64,000 bases of DNA from Styela clava (Eukaryota). This document shows, piece after piece, positions 15,401 to 26,870 of the stretch; position 1 is the stretch's first letter, and the number at the start of each line of letters is the position of its first letter. The DNA lies in NCBI RefSeq assembly GCF_964204865.1, contig NC_135256.1, positions 2,356,001 through 2,420,000 on the forward strand. Reading direction: 5' to 3'. The translations under genes were made by a program, and so were the position numbers. The notes under the pieces were generated by a model. That model had not been told where the DNA came from, did no database searches, and saw only the letters and a list, made by a program, of their open reading frames with translations.

Positions 15401-18400
15401 TGCAAGTTGCATTAGCTGAATATCTGTTGAAATTTGAATGACGGAAACAAGAATTATCATGAATAGGGAGGGACTACTAAAGAAATTTAAAGGATAAAAA
15501 TGAAAAAAATATATAAAAAAAAAAGTGGCGAAGCACTGGTTCATAACCATATTCTGTAAAATATGTAGAAAACTTTCAAACGATCATACCAGTTATGTTG
15601 GTTTGTTGCAAAGTCTCTGCAGAGATATGAGCTTCTGCGGCAGAAAGAGTTGCCTCTACTGTTTGGACAGTTGCCTTTTGCGACGCTATTTCTGTATTTT
15701 CAGAAATCACCGAAACATCTTTCGCACTTTCTATGCTCATATTTTGAACAGCAGCCCCGGTAATGCTGGTTTCTGGAAATGAAAGAACAGTTTTTTTTTG
15801 ATAAAGTTACAAAATCAATTTTTGCAATCCAACATTTTTCGATTTGTTTATGGTTTTATTACTTTATGTATGTTTACTGCGTATCCAAGCATGCTGGGGA
15901 AATAAACTACTGATTACTAACTAAGGCTCGGTAGGAACGTTCATTCCAACCAAACCATGACTCCGAATCTACAGCCCTGATTGTTGCTATAATTTATGGC
16001 TAAAACATTTTATATTTAATACCCAAGAAATACAACGAATAAATATAAAAATTTATTTTTCGACTAATCAATATTTAGACTAGAATATCGGTTAGAGACC
16101 AAAGACTTATCGATCGAAACTGCGGTTTCGATTCACGACTCTACAGTGACACCGCGTGTCCCATCACTAATTAATTAATAACTTGCTAATTATATGACAT
16201 AATTCATCCAAAATCAATAGGCTTCTGGTCCGAGATATGATGAAAGCACATGCAACATTGGGAACAGATTCAACTTCGCTTTCGTGAGATACCGCGTGCA
16301 TCTAACAGACAAACAGACAAATACCTATCAACAAACCTACCGATCTTAGGATCGATCACAGTTGGTTAAGGTGAGTAATAATTTAACTAAATACTGAAAG
16401 TGAGGGAGTGTTCACTGTAGGTTAAGGTGAGTAATGATTTACCTAAATACTGAAAGTGAGGGGGTGTTCACAGTAGGTTAGGGTGAGTATAAATTTACCA
16501 AAATACTCAAAGTGAGGGGGTGTTCACACTAGGTTAGAGTGAGTAAAAATTTAACTAACTATTGAAATATGAAAGCACGATGAATTAGATTAGTCTTTTC
16601 CAACCAAGGAGGAGTTTTTTGACATAGAGGAAAACAGGTATGTTACTTTGTATTTAGATAATTTTAGATTTAAATGTTTTCATAAATAGGGACCAAATAA
16701 TATTCAAAAGAAGGAATATATCAAAAAGGTGGCAAATTACTGGTCTAGGACCCTTTTTTGTTGAAGATGTAGAAAACTTTTAAACAATCATACCAGTTAT
16801 GTTGGTTTGTTGCAAATTCTCTGCAGAGATATGAGCTTCTGTTGCTGAAAGAGCCGCCTCTACTGTTTGGACAGTTGCCATTTGCGACGCTATTTCTGTC
16901 TGCTCAGAGATCACCGAAACATCTTTCGCACTTTCTATGCTCATATATTGAACAGCAGCCCCGGTAATGCTGGTTTCTGGAAATGAAAAAACAGATTTCT
17001 TTGATGAAAGTTACAAAATCAGATTTTGCAATCCGACCTTACTCATTTTTTTTATGGTTATATTACTTTGTGTATGTCTACTGCATATCCAAGCTTAAAC
17101 TACTGATTACTAACTGAGGCTCGGTAGGAACGTTCATTCCAGCTAAACCTTGACTCCGAAAATGTATCGAATGTTAGAAACAGAATTTCCATGAATAGGG
17201 ATGTTGTAATAGACAAGAAAAGGAATATATTAAAAAAGATGGCGAATCACTGATTTAGAACTTTATTCCGCACAATATATAGAAAACATTAAACAATCAT
17301 ACCGTTTATTTTGGTTTGTTGCAAAGTCTCTGCAGATATATGAGCTTCCGCTGCAGAGAGAGTTGCCTCTACTGTTTGGACAGTTGCCTTTTGCGAGGCT
17401 ATTTCTGTATGTTCAGAGATCACCGAAACATCTTTTGCACTTTCTATGCACATATCTTGTATGACAGCCCCGGTAATGCTGGTTTCTGAAAATTAAAGAA
17501 CAGATTTCATTAATAAATGTAACAAAATCACTTTTTGCAATTCAACGTGTTTCCATTTTTTTATGGTTCTATTACTTTGTGTATTTCTACTGCGTATCCA
17601 AGCATGCTTGGGAAATAAACTACTGATTACTAACTAAGGTTCGGTAGGAACGTTCATTGTAACTGAACCATGACTCCGAATCTACAGCCTTGAACATTGG
17701 TATAATCTCTGGCTAATACATTTTATATTTAAAACCCAAGAAATTCAACGAATAAAAATTTATATGTCGACTGATCAATAACTAGATAAGAAAACTTATA
17801 CGGAATAGGATTACTTTAGTTAACTTTCCTGAAATAGATGAAGTTCTGAGTCACTCAATAAATCTAGTTTAAACATGAGTGTACAATATTTTAGACCAGT
17901 GTTTCTTAAACGAGTTTCTTCCCAAGTAGGAGAAAACAAATGTAGTGCAATTTCACCAATATTGTTTTATTTCTATGGGTATTGCAATACGTGCATATCT
18001 ATTCATCAATTTTCAACTATTCAAACCGTGTAATATCCAAAGTGCAAGTTGCATTAGCTGAATTTGCTTTAAAAATTTATCGAATGGGGGAAAGAGAGTT
18101 TCCACGAATAGTGAAGAAGTAATAGGCAAAAGAAGGAAAATATCAAAACAGTGGCGAATCACTGGGTTAGAAATTTTTTCTGTAAAATATATAGAAAACT
18201 TTTAAAGAATCATACCAGTTATGTTGGTTTGTTGCAAAATCTCTGCAGAGATATGAGCTTCTGTTGCGGACACATTTGCCTCTACTGTTTGGACATTTGT
18301 CTTTTGCGACGCTATTTCTGTATGTTCAGAAATCACCGAAACATCTTTTGCACTTTTTATGCTCATATTTTGAACAGAAGCTCCGGTAATGCTGGTTTCT

Positions 18401-20337
18401 GGAAATGAAATGAATGACCTTCTAGTTATATTTGTGATCGTATTTGATAGCATTGAACCTGGGTCAAAAAATAAACGGATGGCCAATACCTAATAGTTCA
18501 CAATTTCGAATACATTCGAATTTATTATTTTCGAATAAGAAATATCAAATAAATTCAGAATAAAATCAAGTAAAAGAATCCTATCATGGTGAAGGAATTT
18601 CCATACAATTGACTATAGAACAACTGTTATTGCTGTGATATTTTAGAATATTAATATTTCTATTTTTTCATAATTCGACACATCCAAGTCATCGGCCATG
18701 GATTTAAATATTCTGTGCCACAGAAAATTTTCCTGGTAAAGAGTTCATGATTTTAACTATCATTATTCAAATTATTCGCCAAAAAAAGTTTCGAATACTT
18801 TGATACTGGAATAATTTCGAGTTTTCGATTCGTTTTGGTCAACTCTAACTTAGGGTGCTTAAATATTTAACCATATATTGAAAGAGGGGGTTTCACTCAG
18901 TAGGTTAAGGTGCGTTACTTAAATATGTATAACTTTAGTAAGTTGAGAGAGTAAAAATTGAAGTAAATACTTAGGTTAGGATAATTAAAAATTTAACTAA
19001 ATACCAAAATTGGTCAGGGTTAGTAAGTTAAGACCTCTAACACAAGAATGCGACTTGTAGGCCAAAATTAAAGTAAGTTTGACAAGAGGTATAAAAATTA
19101 TTTACCATTAATGTTGGTTTGTTGAAGTACATTTGCAGAGATAATTGCCTCCGTTGCCGTAATGTTTGCTTGTTCAGTGGAAACAAAAACCTCCTCGGCT
19201 CGCACATTTGTCTCGTTACTCGCTGCAATATAGCCACATATGTCAATTAGGTATTAATTAGAAGCACTGTCTTGTGAGTTAAAAATGGAAAACTAAGTTA
19301 AAATAAATTAAATGTAGCCTGATATCATTGCCTATTGATATAATATTGCTTATAAATCAGACATTGTTAGATGTAAACTAAGAAGATAGATTAGTTCTAC
19401 TTTGTGATTTCACATGAATGTAAATTTAAATTTGTGGATTTGAAACAGAGGTTTCCAGCGGGTTAAAATGAACAAAATTGAATATCCTTACTTGCGGATC
19501 AAGTGATAAGTTTTTTCTGCATTTCACAGCCCTGACCGCACTTCTAGATGGCGAGAGGAATCGCATTTAACAAAGTCAAAACTAGAATTCGGTTGGAAAC
19601 CGAAGACTTATCGATCGAAGGTTAGGGGATCACCCAAAACAGTGGTCTTACTCCATAGTGACACCGTGTGTCCCATCACTAATTAAATAATACCTTGCTA
19701 TTTATACGACATAATCCATCAAAAATCAATAAGCATCTGATCTGAGCTAAGATGAATGCACATGCAAAATTTGGAGCCGAATAAACCTCGCTTTCGTGAG
19801 ATATCGCGTGTATCTAACACACAGTTATACAGACAAACAGAGACAAATACCTATAATAAATATCAACATACTTACCGATCAAGATCGATAAGTACATACT
19901 TACCGGTAATACTATGTCTGACTAAAATAAAGTCGGATATTAAAAATTTGGTGCCGTTCTCCCGGCTTGCACATCTCATTAGACTAATGATGAATAGAGA
20001 ACAAACTTATTTCTACTTTTAGTCAGGGGGGCGCTTGTTAGTCAAAAAGTCGTATGAGGGGGCGCTACAAAAAAAAAGTTTGGGGAACAATGTGTTGAAA
20101 CAATATTTCAGAAAGAATTATTTTACCGACGTGGCATTGTTCCGCAGAGATGACGGCATCTCTAGCTGTCACAGTCGCCTGTTCTGCTATCACAGATGCT
20201 TCGTCTACATGTGCAATATCCGAACGTTCTGCTGTCACGGAGACTTCTGCAGCGTTATTCACTCTCAAGTATTGCACAACGGAATCAGTTATGTCTGTTG
20301 ATGACACCGACACAGCTGGCCCGATCTCCTGCTCCAT
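1..20337 (-). CDS. NLR paralog A (N-terminal 61-aa tandem-repeat array + NACHT; 3' part outside window)
   Basis: Spliced model, all GT-AG, frame continuous: 20337-20127, 19222-19106, 14 repeat exons of 183 nt (18398-18216, 17485-17303, 16976-16794, 15772-15590, 14837-14655, 14327-14145, 13123-12941, 12188-12006, 11679-11497, 10475-10293, 9542-9360, 9033-8851, 7829-7647, 4226-4044), 2810-2718, 425-<1. Mirrors the + strand gene exon for exon. Confidence 0.85.
2230..2470 (+). mobile_element. Putative tRNA-derived SINE (degenerate)
   Basis: B-box-like ggtttgaatc at ~2299 in a GC-richer segment. Most of this segment has no clear counterpart in the corresponding intron of the other arm (~48780-48850). 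Confidence 0.45.
2718..2810 (-). CDS. Linker exon of paralog A, VGTGANMQPMTLGNIPALVGVSPTKKKKKKKG
   Basis: 93 nt, phase 1-1, flanked by ttcacag| and |gtgagc. Homologous to 48415-48492. Confidence 0.75.
4519..7416. repeat. Intronic ~56-bp minisatellite (~50 copies) containing TTAGGG
   Basis: Unit ttagggtgagtaaaaatttaactaaatactgaaagtgagggggtgttcacagtagg. Short 3-4 copy versions at ~8415-8620, 11061-11270, 13709-13915, 16358-16560; degenerate copy at ~18850-19030. Confidence 0.95.
7420..18000. repeat. ~2.65-kb higher-order tandem duplication, ~4 units, three repeat exons per unit
   Basis: Equivalent exon ends at 7647, 10293, 12941, 15590 (spacing 2646/2648/2649). Introns near-identical between units. 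Confidence 0.93.
8136..8414 (+). mobile_element. Short non-autonomous interspersed element with (ACAG)n tract, Helitron/Lep1-like; copies at ~10782-11060, 13430-13708, 16079-16357
   Basis: Begins actagaat, carries acagacagacagacaaata and ends ...cttaccgatcttaggatcgatc. Absent from sister introns (e.g. ~9860). A diverged relative lies at 19581-19894. Family assignment is inference. Confidence 0.55.
19106..19222 (-). CDS. Coding exon 2 of paralog A (half-repeat, ASNETNVRAEEVFVSTEQANITATEAIISANVLQQTNIN)
   Basis: 117 nt, phase 1-1, ttgcag| and |gtaaat. Homologous to 41765-41881. Confidence 0.85.
19581..19894 (+). mobile_element. Diverged copy of the (ACAG)n Helitron-like element
   Basis: Shares actagaat...aagacttatcgatcgaa, gtgtcccatcactaatta, ctcgctttcgtgagata and cttaccgatcaagatcgat with 8136-8414. 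Absent from the matching intron of paralog B (~41300-41340). Confidence 0.6.
20127..20337 (-). CDS. First coding exon of paralog A (MEQEIGPAVSVSSTDITDSVVQ...AEQCHV)
   Basis: ATG at 20337, 211 nt, donor |gtaaaa. Same length as 41050-41260. Diverged member of the repeat family. Confidence 0.8.
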
Positions 20338-21719
20338 TTTCAAACCGATAAAACATCAGATTCGGGTTCGTCAGATATATCATACAAAATAAAATGTAGT
20401 AGTCTCGAATGTAGTAAACTCACCATCAATTGCGGTGAAATGAAACTTCAACACTTGAAGTATTTCAAATGATTTACTTCAGGTTGACTTTTATGTTTAT
20501 GATTGAAACCGAGAATGACAAAGTGGAATTTACAACAGGATCAATGACAAAGAGGTTTTCAACATTGAACAACTGAATCACAAAGAATTAATAACATTAG
20601 TTAGGTCAGGATACATAATGCAAGTGTTGGAGTTTGTAAACTCAAGTTTTATCAAATATCTCATGGGATTCGTGCCATCATAAATTCGTAAAATCTACCT
20701 TTGGTTTCCATCAACAAAACATTTTTTTAAGCGTTTCACTGTTTAGTATTAATATAGAACATCAGCGGTGTAGATTGTAAAGTATAGGGAAAACATTCCA
20801 AAAATAAAACAAAAATTTAAATCTCGTGTAAGCACTTTGGAAATGCATTTTAGGTTGTTTTAGGGCAAATTAGTGGTATTCCGCAACACACAGTTCTAAA
20901 ACATCTGTTTGTACAAACGCATAATATATAAGACTCCATAAAATGGATTAAATGCCCCATAAAGCGACATAGCCAGAAATATACGAAAAACGATCATGCC
21001 GACTGCTTTCATGTATAGGTTAAGCGCAAATATATGTCTAGCAATTATATCGTTCTCCAAATACTGTTATATATTTAGAGTGTTATTGCTGAATCTGAAG
21101 AAACAATTCACTTTGTGCAAAACCCTTGAGCAATATACGATAAACAGTGGATGACAATTTGTGAATGAACCTTGCTACGCTTCTAACAATTTCCGCTGTT
21201 GGCATCGAGTTTCACAGCATCATAATAAACACAACAGTAGAGTCGAACATCAGGGGTAAAGATTACAGTATCTCTAGTTCAACTTTATTTTTAATGAAGT
21301 TTATCTTAACTCGAACTGGAAGCGACATATTAATCTGGTCTAGATGGCACATTTCCTACGCGGACCAGCTACCGGCTTTTTACATACATGTAAAAAAATA
21401 TAAAAAAGTATTACTCGCCTACGTAAGCTCTATAAATTGGTTTAATATTCCGTTACGGCAATAGAAACTTAGATTTCAGTCGTGTATCCAGACAAACTCC
21501 GGTCTGAGCCGTCCGTTACCAAATCAGCAGCTGCATTAACCCCGAATACACAAAAAAAATCACTTTGAACTCGGAGTTGACACTCAAACATAATTTCGAA
21601 TAAAAATATTCGAAATAAATTCAGTGTAAAATCTTGGTGAATCGAAAACTCGCCCGATCAAATAGGATCAACGCCTGTCGAACTCTGCTGCTGTGCCATA
21701 TATTTCTATGTTTAGATAA

Positions 21720-24700
21720 TAGATGAACTAAGTGAGACACCACATACCACTCAGAAATATTAAATCAAAATCATTGCCCATATAAAACAAAATAGCCATA
21801 TGTGTTTATTTAGTCTCACAGAAGGTACGCTTTTCCTGACCAGCGAAAAAATGTAGCGCATCCAATTTACCTAAGTTTGGTATCATTATTCAAAATATGT
21901 ATAAGAATGATCCGGCATTAACATAAATCTGGGATGCCAACATCGTCAATCTTTCAAAACCAAGATATATCCGGTTTTGGCCTCTGCCAGGTTTAACGAC
22001 ATTTTGGGCTATTCATATTGTAAAAAGCAAAATAGTGACGTGTCTCTTTCAATATTAAGTTTAGAGGCTCCACCCAAATAATACGCGATAACACTTTCAG
22101 TAGAAATGTCTGTACATCTCCGTCTAATGCTAAAATAGATTAAATTTTTTACTTTAGATAATTTTTATTTTAACACTTTTTCCTCATTTTGTTGATCAAG
22201 CTTTGGCAACATTCATTTTAACCTGACCCTTTTAAACAAACCTATGCCAGCCCCACTTGACCTAGATATTGAAACACTTCGCACTCACAAATATATGGAA
22301 AAATAAATTACTGTATGTTTGAAATAGTTGTCCGCTATACATAGATAGCTTGGACGTTAACTGCAACGCATTTCCTTATGTGTCAGGTTTCGCTCAAACG
22401 CGTTGAAGCTATAGATGGGAATATATGGGACAGGAAATTGAGTCAATCCTTGTATAAGATTACTGAGCTATTTATAAACTGGGAATTCCAACAACACAAT
22501 GTATTGCAGCAGAATTATATCTTTCAATGGCTTTTCGGTGTTGTAGGTATATCAACCTTTTGAACCAAAACTCCATTTGAACATTTTGTTAACAATTAAT
22601 GTTCGAATGAATAAATTCTATAGGTTTTGGAGATGTCAAACTGGGTTATTTTAAGGAAATGATTTTATAGAAATAAAAGTGTTGTTCCATACGTATACAG
22701 ATAACGCCAAATTCTCGCTATTCTGAGTTCTATATGTATGCAGATAACGCCAAATCCTGGCAATTCTGAGTTCGATATGTTTGCAGATAACGCCAAATTC
22801 TCGCAATCCTGAATTCTATATGTATGCAGATAACGCCACATCCCCGCAATTCTGAATTATATATGTATGCAAATAACGCCAAATCCCCGCAATTCTGAAT
22901 TCCATATGTATGCAGATAAGGCCAAATCCTCGCAATTCTGAACTCTATATGTATGGAGATAAGGCCAAATCCCCGCAATTCTGAATTCCATATGTATGCA
23001 GATAAGGCCAAATCCCCGCAATTCTGAATTCCATATGTATGCAGATAAGGCCAAATCCCCGCAATTTTGAATTCTATATGTATGCAAATAACGCCAAATC
23101 CCCGCAATTCTGAATTCCATATGTATGCAGATAACGCCGAATCCTCGCAATTCTGAATTCTATATATATGCAGATAGGGCTAAATCCTAGCAATTATGAA
23201 TTCTATATGTATGCAGATAACGCCAAATCCTGGCAATTCTGAGTTCCATATGTATGCAGATAACGCCAAATCCTGGCAATTTTGAGTTCCATATGTATGC
23301 AGATAAGGCTAAATCCTCGCAATACTGAATGCTATATGTATGCAGATAAGGCTAAATCTTTGCAATACTGAATTCCATATGTATGCAGATAAGGCCAAAT
23401 CCTCGCAATTCTAAATTCTATATGTTTGCAGATACCGCCAAATCCTTGCAATTCTGAATTCTATATGTATGCAGAATGCAGATACCGCCGAATCCTTGCA
23501 ATTCTGAATTCTATATGTATGCAGATAACGCCAAATTCTGGCAATTCTGAGTTCTATATGTTTGCAAATAACGCCAAATTCTCGCAATCCTGAATTCTAT
23601 ATGTATGCAGATAACGCTACATCCCCGCAATTCTGAATTCTATATGTATGCAAATAACGTCAAATCCCCGCAATTCTGAATTCCATATGTATGCACATAA
23701 GGCCAAATCCTCGCAATACTGATTTCTATATGTATGCAGATAACGCCAAATTCTCGCTATTCTGAGTTCTATATGTATGCAGATAGCGCCAAATCCTGGC
23801 AATTCTGAATTCTATATGTATGCAGATAAGGCTAAATCCTCGCAATTCTAAATTCTCTATGTATGCAGATACCGCCAAATCCTCGCAGTTCTGAATTCTA
23901 TATGTATGCAGAATGCAGATACCGCCAAATCCTTGCAATTCTGAATTCTATATGTATGCAGATAACGCCAAATCCTCGCAATTCTGAATGCTATATATAT
24001 ATGCAGATAACGCCAAATCCTTGCAATTATGAATTCTATATGTATGCAGATAAGGCTGAATCCTCGCAATACTGAATTCCATATGTATGCAGATAGGGCT
24101 AAATCCTAGCAATTCTGAATTCTATATGTTTGCAGATAACGCCAAATCCTGGCAATTCTGAGTTCCATATGTATGCAGATAACGCCAAATCCTGGCAATT
24201 CTGAGTTCCATATGTATGCAGATAAGGCTAAATCCTCGCAATACTGAATGCTATATGTATGCAGATAGGGCTAAATCTTCGCAATACTGAATTCCATATG
24301 TATGCAGATAAGGCTAAATCCTCGCAATTCTAAATTCTCTATGTATGCAGATACCGCCAAATCCTCGCAGTTCTGAATTATATATGTATGCAGAATGCAG
24401 ATACCGTCAAATCCTTGCAATTCTGAATTCTATATGTATGCAGATAACGCCAAATCCTCGCAATTCTGAATGCTATATATATGCAGATAACGCCAAATCC
24501 TCGCAATTATGAATTCTATATGTATGCAGATAAGGCTAAATCCTCGCAATACTGAATTCCATATGTATGCAGATAAGGTTAAATCCTTGTAATTCTGAAT
24601 TCTATATGTGTGCAGATAACGCCAAATCCTCGCAATTCTGAATTCTATATGTATGCAAATAACACCAAATTCTCGCTATACTGAGTTCTATATGTTCGCA

Positions 24701-26870
24701 GATAACGCCAAATCCTGTCAATTCTGAATTCTATATGTATGCAGATAACGCCAAATCCTCGCAATTCTGAATTCTATATGTATACAGATAACGCCAAATC
24801 CTCGCAATTCTGAATTCTATATGTATGCAGATAAGGCTAAATCCTCGCAATTCTGAATTCTATATGTATACAGATACCGCCAAATCCTAATGCTACGAAA
24901 AAGTGATTGCTTTTCTTTCTTCCACGCTTTCTTGATTAAAGTAAACGACGGAATTACTATCTCCTGTATTCAATCTAGTGTTTAGAAGTCTTTTAAAAGT
25001 TTAGAATTTCTGGTTTGATATTTGCGTGGCACAATTTGGATGTTTTTTAGATATCCACCAACCTGCGAATCGCCATTTCAGTAATGATAGAGTACTTCAA
25101 GATACCCAACACCTTACCCGTGATCATCACGGCTGGTAGGATCTGTTGGTGATTTAAAAATGAATATAAATATTTCAAAATTCAGTTTGTTGAGACGCAG
25201 ACAGATTAAAATAGGGGAAGCGGTTGGACTTCAAATACTGAGAGAACTATCAAACATTTTAGCCGCCTCTGAAGTCGGAATCGCTCACGAGACGAAATTT
25301 AACGGCCTCTAAACGCCAGAATCACTCTAGCGTGACTTGACCGATGGTTTGATTGACAGGTGGCATATTCCGGGCCACGTAAAATCTGTTTCCTACTTCC
25401 CTTTGCCCGATCGTTCTGAAAATGTCTTTTCTGTGTCAGTCTGGTAACACTTCCAGGGATCACACCAAATTTCGTCCGGATCGGCCCGCCAGTTCTCTGG
25501 GAAGTGGTCAGTACCGGTACCTGTAGGCCTGCTATTCGATTGTGGAACGGTTCTTTTCTGGCATATAAAAACTCAATTCAATTTGCTCATATCAAAATTA
25601 ACAAATACGGTAGCCAAGATTTGCTAGATAACCTACATTACTGCAATATTAATAACGCGTAAGGAAAAAGTCAATTTCTCTGCGGTACTGTAACTTAGCA
25701 GTACCGTACCTGCAGGCTTGATCACGCAACCGCTTGAAATAAGTTTTAAAACTATGTTTCCATGAGTAAATTTTGGAACAGCGAAACTTTGAATGAATTA
25801 TCATATCTCATAGAATTCACAGAAAAATTGGGAATGAATAAAAGTAATAGCATTCTGGCAAAAAAAATCAATCTTCAACCACTGAAAATTTCAAAGCAAT
25901 TGGTCCAGTATTCGAAGAGATAAACGACTTTCTATTGATAATCATGACGAAAAACAACAACATGATATGAAAACGATCGTTATGTTCACTACGTGTCCAA
26001 CTAGCTTAGTCTTATACGAGAATTGACTCAATTTCCTGTCTCATATATTCCCACCTATAGCTTCGACGCGTTAGAGCGAAACCTGACACATAAGGAAATG
26101 CGTTGCGTTTACGTTGAATCACTGTATGTATAGCGGCTAATTATTCAAGCATACAGTAATTTAGTATTCATTATATTTGTTAGTGCGAAGTGTTTGAATA
26201 TCCAAGTCAGGCGGGGCTGGGATAAATTTGTTAACAAAGGCTTTGGCAAAAATGAATGTTGCCAAAAGTTTAACCAACAAAATGAGTAAAGAGAGGTTAA
26301 ATCAGAATTATCCAGAGTAAAAATCTTAATTTATTTTCAGCGTCAGGTGGAGATATACTGACGTTTTCAATGATTGTGTTATTGCAAATTATTTGGGTGA
26401 TACCTCCAGTCTTACTTAGAAAAAGAGGCTCGTAACGTTTTTGCTATCTACGATACAAATCGCCGAGAATGTCCTAAACTCTGTCAAAAGTCAACACCGG
26501 GTATATCTTGGTTTTGAAAGATTGACGGTGTTGGCATTCTAGACTTTTAGCGCTTCAATTTTGTTTTCACTTTCAACAATACTTAAATCAAAACAATTGG
26601 TGGCATCTCGTGGGTGTAAATACTAAAACTATCACAAATTCAAAGAATTTATGGAAATGCCGGATTATACATATACACCAAGTATACTTCGAAAAATTAT
26701 ACCAATATTTGGTAAACTGGATGTGCTATATTTTGTCGCTTCTTAGGAAAGGCGTTGATTTTGTGAGTCATAGGAAACACATCTTAGGCAAAGTAGGCTA
26801 ATTTGAGTGTTTATATGAAAGTATTGATGTTGTGCAATGTTATTCCATGTATTCTAGTGGTTCTTAACAT
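21720..26870. repeat. Innermost arms of the inverted duplication (~21720-22470 vs ~26005-26870)
   Basis: 22372 tttccttatgtgtcaggtttcgctc is the reverse complement of gagcgaaacctgacacataaggaaa at ~26074. ~21945 gtcaatctttcaaaaccaagatata is the reverse complement of tatatcttggttttgaaagattgac at ~26502. Confidence 0.85.
22693..24888. repeat. 43-bp tandem satellite (~50 copies)
   Basis: Unit gcagataacgccaaatcctcgcaattctgaattctatatgtat, head-to-tail with no spacers. Confidence 0.97.

Larger units (their letters stand above)
4044..18398 (-). repeat. Array of 14 tandem 183-nt coding exons (61-aa repeat)
   Basis: Each copy is bounded by tt(t/c)cag|AAACCAGC and ...G|gtatga. No stop seen in the copies translated. 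Consensus ETSITGAAVQDMSIESAKDVSVISEHTEIASQKATVQTVEATLSAAEAHISAETLQQTNIT. Confidence 0.9.

Noticed and set aside
10228-18408. Repeated Cys-rich + strand ORFs (MAKHWF...SCLYCLDSCLLRRYFC) and their - strand twins at 42266-47474
   Set aside because: Antisense shadows of the repeat exons. Splice sites and frame continuity into NACHT support the opposite strand.
22693-24888. CRISPR-like regular array and ORFs such as MRGFGVICIHIEFRIA
   Set aside because: Head-to-tail 43-bp units with no unique spacers and no cas genes in a eukaryotic context. The unit is not a multiple of 3, so the ORFs are cyclic artefacts.
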